From a virus (taxonomy: Duplodnaviria; Caudoviricetes): a stretch of 31,957 bases of DNA. The notes below the pieces were generated by a model. That model searched no databases and was not told the DNA's origin. It was given only the letters and a program-made list of their open reading frames with translations. The stretch lies in IMG/VR virus record IMGVR_UViG_3300032321_000847, positions 1 through 31,957 of that record. The stretch is one strand, 5' to 3'. Positions within the stretch are counted from its first letter, which is position 1, and each line of letters opens with the position of its first letter. Shown in pieces: positions 14,406 to 24,689 of this stretch. Made by a program: the position numbers and the translations under genes.

Positions 14406-17114
14406 TCACTCCGCACTCTCCACCGCAGACTGCGTTGCAGTCTGGAGGGAACCAGCCACGTTGATGGGTCGCGCGGGCGGAGGAGGCGGTGACTCGGCAT
14501 CTCCGGCACCTTGCGCATAGGTGCCTTGAATCGCGGAAACGAAGTCTGGCGAAAGCGTCTTGTCCGTTGGGATATCTAGCAGGATTCCGAGCTGAATTCG
14601 ACGCGAGTACGAAAGCTTTTTCCGGGATGTCGCGAGCGACTCCATGACCTGTACCTGCATCTCCTCGTAGAGAGCGGGATATATGGCCTTGACGGCCTCG
14701 ACATGCTCGCGCGTGAGGGTGCCTTTTGCCGCCTCGTCGAGCACGATCGTGGGGTCATCCGCCGCCGCCAGGAAACGCCGGAACTTGGACGCCTCGGCGT
14801 CACTGATGCGCGGGCGCTCTAGCATCGGCTGGGCGCTGTATGGGTCTGTCCTGCCCGGCGGCATCTTCTCGGCCAGAAACTCGATACCCCGGATGGCGGT
14901 CGCCGTTGCCACTGCGGTCGCCTTCGGGGCTGCCGTCGAGTTGGGTCCGAGCGCGCCGCCGACGCGGTCCGCGATGCCTGCCGGGTCGGACTTCAGGCGG
15001 TTGAGCTGCTCGGCGCGGCGCTCGTAGTCGGACGCTGCGCGCCCTGCCACCATGGTCGCGCCAGTCTTCGCGACATCGCTTGCGGGCTTGGCGCTGTCGA
15101 GGAGCTGCGAAAAGAACCCCGGCCCGGTGCGCCTGGGGGCCGACAGGGTGGGCTTGCCGACCGCTGCTGCTGCGGGCTCGGCCTCGGCAACGAGCTTGCG
15201 CGTGCCGCCGGTGATCTTAACCACGACGTTTTGCGTCTGCTGCTCCAGCGACGCGAGCCGCTGCATCGTGGTGTAAGGCTTCGTAGCGGTGTCGAGGACG
15301 GCGCCGGCAAGCCCGCCGATGCTGCGTGCGCGCTCGGACTCCAGGGCCTTCTTGACCTGGTTGGTGAGCGCGGCGTCGTTCACGCTCGCCTCGTACGTGC
15401 CGCGCATGTTGGCGAGCGACTTCTTCGCCTCGCCAAGAGCCTTCGTCGTGCTGGCGTCGAACGAGTAGTTCTTGCCCATCGCGTCGAGCATCCGCTCGCG
15501 CGCGCTGATATAGTTGCGGACGCCCTCGGACTCGAGGTCCGCGGCAACGTCGGTGAGCTTGTTGAAGTGCGAGGACAGTGCGGCAGGGTCGGCGCGGTAG
15601 AGCGGACGCCCCGCCTCGCTCCCGTATTGCGTCGTGAACTTCCTGCGGAGGATGTCGCCCTCCGCCATGTACGCGGACGTTGCGGCGTTGATCTCGCGCT
15701 GGGCCTTGGCTGCGGAAGAGCCCCAGACGTCGGACTCGAGGAGCCTCATGAGCCCACCCTCGCCCTGGTAGAGCGCGTCCATCTCGCGTGCGGCGACGGA
15801 CAGGCCATACGGCCCCTTCCCAAACTGCGCCTGGCGTCCAAGCCATCGCTTCATGTTGTCCATCGTGGTGTGCAGTGCACCCGAGGACTCGGAGGCCGCC
15901 ATCTTGCGGATGTAGCCGTCCCACTCCTTGATCGCGGAGGGGCCAAGGCCGGACGTCACGTCGTTCCGCCACGTGGACACCACCTCGTTCGCGCGCGTGA
16001 CGAAGCCGATGGACTCGTCCATCTGCTCGGCGAACTTGGCCTTGTCGAGGAGCTTCTCCATCTGCGACGACTTCGCGTCACCGAAGCTCTGCATATCGAC
16101 ACGGCGTGAGGCTGCGAGCTCGTCGTCAAGCGACTTCGCGAAGCCGCGTGTGGCCTTCTGGATCGTCTCCTCCTCGTTGCGGAGGACGGCATCTCGACGC
16201 TCCCATACGCTCTTGAGTCCGGCCTTCTCCTCGGCCCTCACGAGCGGGTTGGCCGCGATGGCGTCCGCGCCTTGATCGAACACGGTGCGCTGCTTCGCAG
16301 GCCCGATGTTGACCTCGACGCTAGGCGCGGTCTCCTCAATGCTCGTACGTGCGGCGCCCTTCGTCGCCTTGCCCGCTGCGCCGGCTTCGACTTCTTCGCG
16401 GAGGGCTTGGCCGACACCCGGCGCAGGCGTGCGGTACGCGCCAGCAGCAAGCGTCTCGTACGCCTGCGCGGTGGGCGCCACGGCCTTGGGTGCGCGGAGC
16501 TTGCCGATGCCTGCGCCGAGGGCCGAGAGGCCAGCGCCGAGGCCGAGGCCTACGCCGCCGCCCGTGAGGCCCGCTGCAATGAGGGCTTGCCCGGTGAGAT
16601 CCGTGTTCTTGAGGCTGCTTTCGCTGATTGCGGAGCCGACGCCTTGGATCGCGCCCTCGGCAAAGCCACGCGCGCCAGCCGCGCCGACGCGCGCGAGCAG
16701 CCCACCTCCGAGTCTCGCCGCCGTCGCGCCCTCCGCAGCCGCACCCGCGCCGCCCGTGGCTGCTGCAAGGCCGAGCATGCCGCCCGCCTCGCCCACGGTG
16801 GACGCGACGGGGAACGCCTCCTTGACCTCGTTCAAGTACTCACGACCGCCGAACTCTGACGCGAGGTAGTCCGACAGACCAAGCGACGCACCGCGCGCCC
16901 CGCCTGCGACCGTCGCCGCTGCGAGGCCCGCTGCGGCCTGGCCGATGTTACCGTCGCGAAACTCGTACTTCTTGTCGAGGGCGATCGCCTTCTTCTCGGC
17001 CGCCACCTCGGCCGCCGACATGGGCTTGGACCCCTCGGGCAGCTGCGAGACCTGCGAGGCGGGGACCGTGCCCGCCGTGCCGTCTGGCAGCCTGACCGCG
17101 ACGTCGTCGCTCAC
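14406..17114 (-). CDS. Large internal virion/ejection protein
   Basis: 902 aa, Gly/Ala-rich hydrophobic N-terminal third (GGARGASLGLSD), helical remainder; third in an ejection-gene trio. Confidence 0.7.
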   Translation of the reverse strand: MSDDVAVRLPDGTAGTVPASQVSQLPEGSKPMSAAEVAAEKKAIALDKKYEFRDGNIGQAAAGLAAATVAGGARGASLGLSDYLASEFGGREYLNEVKEAFPVASTVGEAGGMLGLAAATGGAGAAAEGATAARLGGGLLARVGAAGARGFAEGAIQGVGSAISESSLKNTDLTGQALIAAGLTGGGVGLGLGAGLSALGAGIGKLRAPKAVAPTAQAYETLAAGAYRTPAPGVGQALREEVEAGAAGKATKGAARTSIEETAPSVEVNIGPAKQRTVFDQGADAIAANPLVRAEEKAGLKSVWERRDAVLRNEEETIQKATRGFAKSLDDELAASRRVDMQSFGDAKSSQMEKLLDKAKFAEQMDESIGFVTRANEVVSTWRNDVTSGLGPSAIKEWDGYIRKMAASESSGALHTTMDNMKRWLGRQAQFGKGPYGLSVAAREMDALYQGEGGLMRLLESDVWGSSAAKAQREINAATSAYMAEGDILRRKFTTQYGSEAGRPLYRADPAALSSHFNKLTDVAADLESEGVRNYISARERMLDAMGKNYSFDASTTKALGEAKKSLANMRGTYEASVNDAALTNQVKKALESERARSIGGLAGAVLDTATKPYTTMQRLASLEQQTQNVVVKITGGTRKLVAEAEPAAAAVGKPTLSAPRRTGPGFFSQLLDSAKPASDVAKTGATMVAGRAASDYERRAEQLNRLKSDPAGIADRVGGALGPNSTAAPKATAVATATAIRGIEFLAEKMPPGRTDPYSAQPMLERPRISDAEASKFRRFLAAADDPTIVLDEAAKGTLTREHVEAVKAIYPALYEEMQVQVMESLATSRKKLSYSRRIQLGILLDIPTDKTLSPDFVSAIQGTYAQGAGDAESPPPPPARPINVAGSLQTATQSAVESAE

Positions 17115-18895
17115 TTCTTCCTCATCGGGGCCATTGGCGTGACATCCGCGAGCCTGCGCGCTGCCTTGGCAATGTCCTTGCGGCTGTCGAGCGGCCTGAA
17201 CCCCTCGGGCGCAAGCTGCTGGTCGGGCTTGAGGTCCTGCCCGGTGTACTCACCCGTTGGCGTGATCTTGCCTGCCACGTCCTTGGCGTACCCGCGGTTG
17301 ATGATGCGCCCGCCGGCGGCCTTCACAAGCGCGCGCTGTTCGGTCTCGGACTGCTGGAGCGCGGCGTCTATGCCCTTGTTGCCCGCCGCGAAGTCGCGCG
17401 ACGTCCACGGGTTGATCCTGGACGCGTAGCCGACGAGACCTCGAGATCCGACGCCGGCAAGGATGGGAGACGTCTCGAGGCCGCGCCTCATCTCGTCCTC
17501 TTTGACGACGCCCTGACCGCGCGCCATCGACTCCTCATAGATGATGTCTGAGGCGATCTTCTCCAGCTGCCGGTGCGCGGCCTCGTGCTCTGCGGAGCCC
17601 GGCGCGGCCTCGGCGGTCTTCACGCGGAGTTGCTTGGCGGTGTTGTAGAGCGCCTGCACCTTGGCGTGCGCCTGGAACTTCTCAACCGCCTTATTGCCCT
17701 GCTCGCTGTTCTGAAACTGCACTGAGGTGCCGTCCGAAAGCGTCGCGGTGTTGTCCAGCGGCTTGGCATTCGGAGCCCCGCCCACATACTGCGTGTCCTT
17801 AAATTTCTGCGAGGACTTCTCCTCGTACTTCGCGCCAAGAAGCTTCTGCAGCTCGGCATCCTCCTTGGCGCGCTTCTCCATGAGCGCCGCTATGCCCTGC
17901 TCGTAGCGGGCCTTCGCGTCCATGCTCTTGGCGCTCGCGCGCATCGGTGCGAGCTGCTGGGCCACTTTGTCGTAGCTCGCAACCTTCATGGCCTGGATGG
18001 CCGTGGCGCGGTCCCCGAACTCGGCGAGCATCTCCTGGTAGATGTTCTGCTGGCGGCCGTACGCCTTTTCCTGAGCCGCGATGCCTCGGTTGATCTCGTT
18101 CTCGATCTTCTGCACCGCGAGGTTGGGCCCGCCCGTGATGCCCGCGCCGATGCCGCCGAGGAGCACGGAGAAGAAGGACAGCGCCTTGTCACCGTCGCTC
18201 TTCTTCGCCCAGTACTCCTTGCTCGGGTCCTTCGCGAGGTTGTCGCTCATCTCCTGGAGACGCGCGCGCGACTGCTGCACGTACTGCTGGCGCTCCACAG
18301 CGTTGCGCTGGAGCAGCGCCTCGTACGTGCGCGCCTCCTGCTGCTGCATCTCGGCCTGCCGCTGGTCCAGGCCGATGCCGAGCGCCTGCGCCTGGTATGC
18401 ACTGTCGGCTGCTGACTGGCCGTAGCCCTGCGCAGAGTCGTTCTTGGCCGCGATGGCCTCAAGCGCAGCAGGGTCGCCCGTGCGCGTGACGGTCTGCTCA
18501 CTCTTGTCGTCGGACCAGTGCCCCGGGATCGTCACCGGCGCGCTGCCGCCCATCGGCTGCGGGGCCTGCTGAGCGGGAGCGGGGCCCGCGCTCGCGGTGG
18601 GCTGCGCGTCAGGCTCAGGCTTGAGCGTGGCCGCGTAGCTGAACAGCCCGCCAGCCTGCTGCGTGGCGCTCGGCGGAGGAGCGGCGGCGGGGGCCGGCGC
18701 AGTATGCGCGACACCCTGCACCGTAGGCCTCGGCGCCGGAGCCTGGAGCCATGACGGGTCGATGCCGGGAGGGAGCATTCCGCCCTGCGTCGCCGGCGGC
18801 GCCATGCTGCCGACTGCATCCCCGCCCCCGCCGTACTTTTGGCGGAGGGCGTCAGCGGTCGCCGGGTCGAGGCTGAAGAGGCCCTCGTAGTCCAT
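17111..18895 (-). CDS. Internal virion/ejection protein
   Basis: 594 aa, Pro/Ala/Gln-rich with one Gly-rich hydrophobic segment (FFSVLLGGIGAGITGG). Confidence 0.7.
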   Translation of the reverse strand: MDYEGLFSLDPATADALRQKYGGGGDAVGSMAPPATQGGMLPPGIDPSWLQAPAPRPTVQGVAHTAPAPAAAPPPSATQQAGGLFSYAATLKPEPDAQPTASAGPAPAQQAPQPMGGSAPVTIPGHWSDDKSEQTVTRTGDPAALEAIAAKNDSAQGYGQSAADSAYQAQALGIGLDQRQAEMQQQEARTYEALLQRNAVERQQYVQQSRARLQEMSDNLAKDPSKEYWAKKSDGDKALSFFSVLLGGIGAGITGGPNLAVQKIENEINRGIAAQEKAYGRQQNIYQEMLAEFGDRATAIQAMKVASYDKVAQQLAPMRASAKSMDAKARYEQGIAALMEKRAKEDAELQKLLGAKYEEKSSQKFKDTQYVGGAPNAKPLDNTATLSDGTSVQFQNSEQGNKAVEKFQAHAKVQALYNTAKQLRVKTAEAAPGSAEHEAAHRQLEKIASDIIYEESMARGQGVVKEDEMRRGLETSPILAGVGSRGLVGYASRINPWTSRDFAAGNKGIDAALQQSETEQRALVKAAGGRIINRGYAKDVAGKITPTGEYTGQDLKPDQQLAPEGFRPLDSRKDIAKAARRLADVTPMAPMRKK

Positions 18896-20442
18896 CAGCG
18901 CCCCCTCTGAGCGACCATCGCGGCAAGGCCGTCAAGCTGCTGCTGCTGGTCTGCGACCACGCCGCCGAGTACCTTGGTCATCTTGCCTTGATCGATCATG
19001 AGCAGGCCGCTGCGAGGGTCCTTCCTCACGGCCGTGGCCGTCACCGGGTTCTGCGCCATGGTCTGCGCCATGGGCCCGACGTTAGGCTCGCCGGGCTCCT
19101 GCTCCGGAGGCTCCATGCCGGGCTTGTAGGCGTACGGGCTGGCCTGCATGGCGCGCGCGGCGTCTGCCATCGTGGCGCGGCCCTGGCTCCCGTCGACAGC
19201 CGGCGATGTCCTGCCAAGCGCCTGCATTTGCGAGAGCGCGCTGGCAAGGCTGCCCATGCCCTTGGGGTCCGCCGCCGTGCCAGCAAACGCCTTGTCAGCG
19301 GCGGCCACAAGGCGCTGGGCCTCGGCGTCGCTGACAGGCTTCTTAGCGCGCATGTCGGAGTAGCCCATGGGTACCTTCGCGGTCATGTCGCTGACGGCGA
19401 GTTGAGGTGCCTGCGGTACATTGAAGACAGGCGCCTTGGGCAGATCGAGCGGGCGCACCGAGATGACAGGCGCGGTCATCTGCGGAGCCTGCGGCGCGGG
19501 CTTCGCGTTGGCGAATCCCGCCATGGCGGCCTCGCCGAGTGATTTCGGCCCGCCGCCGCCGCCCATCATGGGCTGGCCAGAGATCGCCGACCCAGCGCCG
19601 CGGAGCAGGAGTGCGCCAAGGCCAGGCCCTGCGTCCTTGGCCGGCGCGACGGCGGCACCAGGAGCCGCAAACGCCATGTCAGCGGACGCAAGCGGGACCT
19701 TTGCGCGAGCATCGGAAAGGAAGCCGAACCCGCCCAGCAAGCCGCCCAATGCCTTGCCGCCGAGGTCGCGCATGAAGCTGACATCGTTCTCGCGGCTCTG
19801 CCACTGGCGCTGAAGCTCAGCCTGGCGCTCTTGCGCCTCCATCTGCTTCGTTGCCATGTTGGCGCCAAGCTGCGAGCCGTATACGCCCTGACTCATGCCC
19901 TCATATCCCATCTGGGCCTGTTGGTTGAGCGAGCGCTGAAACTGCTCATTCTGCGTCTGCGATGCAACCTTCTGCTGAGCGAGGCCCTGGGCCTGGAAGT
20001 CCTGCCCGCGCATCTGCCCCGCCATCTGCGAATAGTCGCCGCGAGCCTGCGCCATCTCCTGCGCGCGCATCGCGGCAAGCTGGTTTGCGCCCTGCATCTG
20101 CATCACGCCCGACTGTTGCGCGGCCCCTCTCGCCGCCGCTGCCTGCGCGAGAGCTCCTCCACGAGCCGACGCCGCGCCCGCCATCTGGGATTGCAGCGAC
20201 TGGTCAAGCATGTTCTGCCCGAGGCTCTGCGCGGCGCTCGGCGCGTTGCCGTACGCCGCCGCCTGGGCAAGCCCCATCGCGTCGTTTTGGCTGTCGCGCG
20301 CGCCCTGTGCCTGCTTGGCAAGGCGGTCGTTCTCCATCCACTTCTGGCGCGCGGCCTGGCGCTCCGCCATGTTGTTCGCCGTACTCGCCAGGCGGTTGGC
20401 CTCGTCAGTTGCGTTGCCCGCGTACTGGGTCGGGTCTGCCAT
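18895..20442 (-). CDS. Ejection/pilot-type protein with C-terminal peptidase S74 (intramolecular chaperone)-like domain
   Basis: Gln/Ala/Met-rich N-terminal half, GGLLGGFG, SDARAK, and later YAYK...GPMAQ...LMID...coiled coil. Confidence 0.7.
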   Translation of the reverse strand: MADPTQYAGNATDEANRLASTANNMAERQAARQKWMENDRLAKQAQGARDSQNDAMGLAQAAAYGNAPSAAQSLGQNMLDQSLQSQMAGAASARGGALAQAAAARGAAQQSGVMQMQGANQLAAMRAQEMAQARGDYSQMAGQMRGQDFQAQGLAQQKVASQTQNEQFQRSLNQQAQMGYEGMSQGVYGSQLGANMATKQMEAQERQAELQRQWQSRENDVSFMRDLGGKALGGLLGGFGFLSDARAKVPLASADMAFAAPGAAVAPAKDAGPGLGALLLRGAGSAISGQPMMGGGGGPKSLGEAAMAGFANAKPAPQAPQMTAPVISVRPLDLPKAPVFNVPQAPQLAVSDMTAKVPMGYSDMRAKKPVSDAEAQRLVAAADKAFAGTAADPKGMGSLASALSQMQALGRTSPAVDGSQGRATMADAARAMQASPYAYKPGMEPPEQEPGEPNVGPMAQTMAQNPVTATAVRKDPRSGLLMIDQGKMTKVLGGVVADQQQQLDGLAAMVAQRGR

Positions 20443-20443
20443 G

Positions 20444-23400
20444 TCATCCCCTCTTCGTGGCTGGATTCGTGGCGAATCCGCGTTTCATGCCGACTTCAAT
20501 TCCCATCGCGTCAAAGCTCGGACCTCGCCCGGTGCCAACTGGGTACGTCCCGGGAGTTGTCGGCGTCGCGTCCGAGATGCGAAACCTTATGTGGTTGCAT
20601 TTCCGACGCGTTCCGATCGTGATATTTAACTCTTCGAAGTCACCAATCGCCGTCACATCGCTACCGGCGAGGAACGTACGTGTCTGCGCGTATGCAGACT
20701 CAGAGTCAAAGCCTACTTCCACCGTCAAGTCATGGTTGCTATTTGACACGCCTTCAAGCTGTAATTCGCGCACTGCCTGGAATGCCAGCGGCCCGGAGGC
20801 GCTTACCCAGGCCGTCTCGAGCAACATCGGCACGTAAGTGCCCGCGTCGGTCCAGTCTGTGGCCGTCTCGACGTAGACCGCGCCCGCCGTCGTGAGCATC
20901 GTCCAAGCGTCGTTCCAGATGCACGCGTCTGCGATGGCAGCGCCCGCGAGGTAGGTCGACACGCTCCATTGCTTCTCGACGTAGTTCCAGACGAGCACAC
21001 GCGACGAGGTGCGCGCTGCGTCGCTGCAGGTGAAGCGGACCTCATTGCGTCGCGACACAAGGACCGCGCTCGTCACGTTCGGGTAGCTCGCAAGGACATC
21101 CTGGACGGGCCTCCCAAGCCACACGACCTCGAGGCCGCGCGTCAGCAAGCTGATACCCGTAATGCTCTGAAACATGACGCCGTCTGGCGTCGACACGACG
21201 GATCGCGCGCTGGTACACCCCACGTCGGTCTGGATGCCGTTTGGGTTGCTGAAGTCGCCTTGCGTGCCGTTGGCTGCGGGGCCGTCACCAAGTAGGTACG
21301 AGATGCCGTCGCGCGAAAAGATGATGAGCTTGTCATCCATCGACGCGAGCGCCGTCACCGTCTCGTCAGTCGTGATGCGGAGCGCCTCGTTGAAGCCTGG
21401 CGCGGTGCCAACGTCGTCAAGGAAGCTCTTGCTGTACCAGAGCGAGCGCCCATCGTTGGCGACGCCCCAGAGCCGTTGACGGTGTAGCGTCAGCGTCAGA
21501 AAGCCGGGCGGCTGCACGTCGTCGAGGATGCCTCCCACGGTGTACTGGACGGGGCGGCTTGCGAGCGTGGTTCCTGATCCATCGATGCTGGCGTCTGCGC
21601 GCGTGTCCGCAATGGTCTGGAGCGACTGAAGCACGTCCACCGTCGTCGCGTTGACGGCAGGGTCGATGGTGAGCCGCTGCGGAGTAGAGCCAGAGACGAC
21701 GCTGCGAAACGTGGGCAGCGACACCGGAGACATACCGTTGGTCGATTGCCGGTTTTTCGCGGTGACGTTGACATAGGATACGTCCGAGGTGACACGCCCC
21801 GAGGCGGGGACGCTTGCCACCTGCCGCGTGACCGTCGTGGAACGGTGAAGCGTGCCGGTCTTGGCCTTAAACTCGAGGTGGTACCCGTAGAGGTAGTTTC
21901 CCGCGGCCATGCTGCCGGTGGCGGAGGTAGCGACGTTGACGACGATGGGGGCGCGCGCAAATCCGTGGTCGAACACCTGGAATCCATCGGACACGCCGAG
22001 GAACCCGCCCGCCATGTACGCGTCTTGCCCGTAGACAACCGTGCGCCACGTGTCTGCGGGGAGCGATGCACCGGTCGTGACAGTCACGAGGCGTAGGCCC
22101 TGGAGCCATGAGTTGACGGTATTTGGAATCGTGCTCAGAAACGGCGCCACCGTGTAGAACGACGAGCCTGAGCCAGAGACGCCGACGCCGGGCGCCGAGA
22201 GCACGAGCGCACCGCCAATAGCGTGCTCCACCTTGGCCACGTAGCGGTGAGGTTCGACATATGATGATGTCGCGGACTCGCACTCCACAAGATACGTATT
22301 CTGACCCGCGTAGGAGCTCGCGCCGAACGGGTCGTCTGCCAAGATAGCGTAGCAAGCGCCGCCTTGGACGAACGGGCGAGACATTGGAAGCGTTGCCTGC
22401 GTTGCGCGAAGCGTGCTTGCCGTGAACGCGGCGCCGGACGTGATGACTTGGCTGTTGGTGTTTCTCAGCGTACCTACCGAGTCACGCCAAAGCGCAATCG
22501 CCGTCGTGCTGGACAGCGGCGCAAATCCTATAAAGGAAGGCGAGGCGGACGATGGGATTGGTGTAGGACCAGACGCAAGCGCAAGCGTCGAAGGTGTGAG
22601 CACGCGCAGATTCGCACCAAGTCCAAAGTACAGGTTGGTCGAGTCACCGCCGAGGCACACCTGCCCGGCTGTTGACACTACGGAGAACGAGTTTTGAAGC
22701 GCAAAGCTTGTGTCGTACGAACGTACGCGCGTATCGCCAGAATTGTGCAGGTACGCAATTGCGAACTGGGTAGCACTGATGCTTGTGGCGTCGAACGAAG
22801 ACGCTGCAGACATCTGCGTGCTACTGACGATCGTGGTAGGTCCGGACACGGTGAGCGTGGTCGTGCTGAACGTGTGCCCGCCGATGTAGAGCGAGCCGCC
22901 GTTGTTTGCGATGTACAGGATCACAATCGTCGACCCGACCACGGCGAGGCGGACCACGTTGAACGCGTTGGCTCCAGCCAGCAGCGTCGGAGGAACGACC
23001 GTGGCGCCGCTCGCCACGTCGTACACCGCGAACTGCGCCCGCATGTCCATGGCCACCGATCTCGGGTTGCCTGTTGCCCAAAGGACCGCCGCAAGCGTGG
23101 CGCCGCTGCCGTCCTGGTAGGTCGCCACGTCCGCGACAGACACGCCGCTCGCCTGGTCGACGAGCGTGCGCGTTGTCACGCCGACGTTTGGCACAACGCC
23201 GATGCGCCGCCAGCCGTAGGACGAGTAACTGTATAGGCTCGCACCGTCGATGACGTTGAGCTCACCTCCGCGCGCAAACAAGCGCGCGCCATTCGCAATG
23301 TTGCCGCCGCCGACGATTCCAGTCGGCAGCGCAGACACCCCGTAGCGTTTTTCAATACGGTTGGACTTGGCCCAGCGGACGTTTTCGGCGCGCGTCAGCA

Positions 23401-23485
23401 CACCGAACGGCACGTGGTGCGGGTCGACGCCCTCTTGGACGCCAAACGAAAACCCGGTTTGGATCAGCTGGCGATCGAGGGGCAT
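20444..23485 (-). CDS. Tail nozzle/hub protein (P22 gp10 / T7 gp12-like position), about 1013 aa
   Basis: True start MPLDRQLIQ (TGATG-coupled); AENVRW...IEKRYG near the N-terminus; beta-rich with a GCTSARSVV...GVMFQS segment. Confidence 0.75.
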   Translation of the reverse strand: MPLDRQLIQTGFSFGVQEGVDPHHVPFGVLTRAENVRWAKSNRIEKRYGVSALPTGIVGGGNIANGARLFARGGELNVIDGASLYSYSSYGWRRIGVVPNVGVTTRTLVDQASGVSVADVATYQDGSGATLAAVLWATGNPRSVAMDMRAQFAVYDVASGATVVPPTLLAGANAFNVVRLAVVGSTIVILYIANNGGSLYIGGHTFSTTTLTVSGPTTIVSSTQMSAASSFDATSISATQFAIAYLHNSGDTRVRSYDTSFALQNSFSVVSTAGQVCLGGDSTNLYFGLGANLRVLTPSTLALASGPTPIPSSASPSFIGFAPLSSTTAIALWRDSVGTLRNTNSQVITSGAAFTASTLRATQATLPMSRPFVQGGACYAILADDPFGASSYAGQNTYLVECESATSSYVEPHRYVAKVEHAIGGALVLSAPGVGVSGSGSSFYTVAPFLSTIPNTVNSWLQGLRLVTVTTGASLPADTWRTVVYGQDAYMAGGFLGVSDGFQVFDHGFARAPIVVNVATSATGSMAAGNYLYGYHLEFKAKTGTLHRSTTVTRQVASVPASGRVTSDVSYVNVTAKNRQSTNGMSPVSLPTFRSVVSGSTPQRLTIDPAVNATTVDVLQSLQTIADTRADASIDGSGTTLASRPVQYTVGGILDDVQPPGFLTLTLHRQRLWGVANDGRSLWYSKSFLDDVGTAPGFNEALRITTDETVTALASMDDKLIIFSRDGISYLLGDGPAANGTQGDFSNPNGIQTDVGCTSARSVVSTPDGVMFQSITGISLLTRGLEVVWLGRPVQDVLASYPNVTSAVLVSRRNEVRFTCSDAARTSSRVLVWNYVEKQWSVSTYLAGAAIADACIWNDAWTMLTTAGAVYVETATDWTDAGTYVPMLLETAWVSASGPLAFQAVRELQLEGVSNSNHDLTVEVGFDSESAYAQTRTFLAGSDVTAIGDFEELNITIGTRRKCNHIRFRISDATPTTPGTYPVGTGRGPSFDAMGIEVGMKRGFATNPATKRG

Positions 23486-23817
23486 CAGAAAAACCAGATG
23501 TCCACTGTGACGGGCGCGCCCGACGCAATGAAGGCGTACTGACGTTTTTGGTCGCTCGGCTGGTTTGCCGGCAAAGACTCGCAGAACGCGACTGCGTTGT
23601 TTTGTATGCGCGTCACGATGTACCCGCGCGGCACGCGGCCGAGCCCGTGGTTGACCGTGGTGTTGGCGGTGCCAATGACGACATTCCGGACCCACACGCC
23701 TTGCGAGAACGGGATCGCGTTGATCTGCTGCGTGGTCTGTTGCGCGAGCCGCTGCGTCTGGTCCGTCGCGAACGTCCCATCCTGCACGCGCCGGAAGGCA
23801 ATCTTGGCCGCCGCCAT
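23485..23817 (-). CDS. Small tail-associated protein (HGLGRVP motif)
   Basis: Coupled at both ends; beta-rich C-terminal domain. Confidence 0.7.
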   Translation of the reverse strand: MAAAKIAFRRVQDGTFATDQTQRLAQQTTQQINAIPFSQGVWVRNVVIGTANTTVNHGLGRVPRGYIVTRIQNNAVAFCESLPANQPSDQKRQYAFIASGAPVTVDIWFF

Positions 23818-24488
23818 CAGAACACTCCGCCGAAGGGCCACGCCTGCGTGGTGACATCCTGCACACGCTCCGGCTCGTTGGCGTCGCGCTGCGCAGCCAC
23901 GCTCTGGATGTGCTGGTAGATGCGGTCCCGCTGGGCCATGTAGAAGCCCGGATCGCTCTCTTCCTTGGCCAGCACCGTGGCGCACGCGCCGTAGATGGCC
24001 GCGACCTCGTAGCCCGCGAAGCCGTCGAACGTGTCAGCGCCGCTCACCAGACGAGGCGGCGCTGGTGTGTAATAGAGCGTCGCGTTGAAGGTCTGCGTGG
24101 CCGGCAGAATCTCCAGGTTGTTCGCCTGGACCCTGTACCGGATGGGCGAGTACCACGCGTACGGTTGCGCGTTGGCGAGTAGCGCGTGCTCGCTCTGCAT
24201 GAAGGGACGCAGGCGCCCCGTGATGCCGCCAAGCGTCGCCTCGAGCGCCTGGAGCTGGAAGAAGTCGGCAGGCAGCGCGTAGAGCGCGGTCCCGGAGACC
24301 ACCGAGACAGGCGAGCTGCTCCGGTAGTGCTCCGGTCCCTGCGCCTGGACGATGCGCGCGTACAGCTCGGCGATCTCCTGATTGAGGTACTCGGTGATTT
24401 CCGCGTCCGTGACGAACGTAGAGTTCTCCTGGTTCGTGCGCTGGCGCACGTCCAGGATCATGGCCGTCAAGGTTCGCGTACGTGCCAC
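23817..24488 (-). CDS. Head-tail adaptor (tail tubular protein A-like)
   Basis: TLTAMILDVRQR...EITEYLNQ...YALPADF pattern; SD GGAGG; position after the capsid genes. Confidence 0.8.
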   Translation of the reverse strand: MARTRTLTAMILDVRQRTNQENSTFVTDAEITEYLNQEIAELYARIVQAQGPEHYRSSSPVSVVSGTALYALPADFFQLQALEATLGGITGRLRPFMQSEHALLANAQPYAWYSPIRYRVQANNLEILPATQTFNATLYYTPAPPRLVSGADTFDGFAGYEVAAIYGACATVLAKEESDPGFYMAQRDRIYQHIQSVAAQRDANEPERVQDVTTQAWPFGGVF

Positions 24489-24506
24489 CGAGTACCTCCA
24501 GTCAGA

Positions 24507-24689
24507 TCACTTGCAGGACATGCACGCGGCCTTGAAGGCCTCGGCGAAGTCCTCGCGCTTGTCGTCCGCAACGCCAAGGACGTCTGCGAGCTCGTCGAGT
24601 GACGCGCCGTAGTCGTCCAGGTCCTTGCTGGAGTCGTCCTTCCCCGCGCTGACCACAAGGGCCAGCGCGGGCTTCTTGGTCGAGGCCAT
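24507..24689 (-). CDS. Small acidic hypothetical protein
   Basis: TAATG coupling with the upstream gene; 60 aa. Confidence 0.7.
   Translation of the reverse strand: MASTKKPALALVVSAGKDDSSKDLDDYGASLDELADVLGVADDKREDFAEAFKAACMSCK

Noticed and set aside
20444-23866. ORF-track starts that extend genes upstream (1140-aa nozzle, 290-aa ERF, 335-aa exonuclease, 156-aa Xis, 270-aa lysozyme)
   Set aside because: The extensions overlap real upstream genes or the structured RNA; downstream starts with an SD or stop-start coupling fit better.
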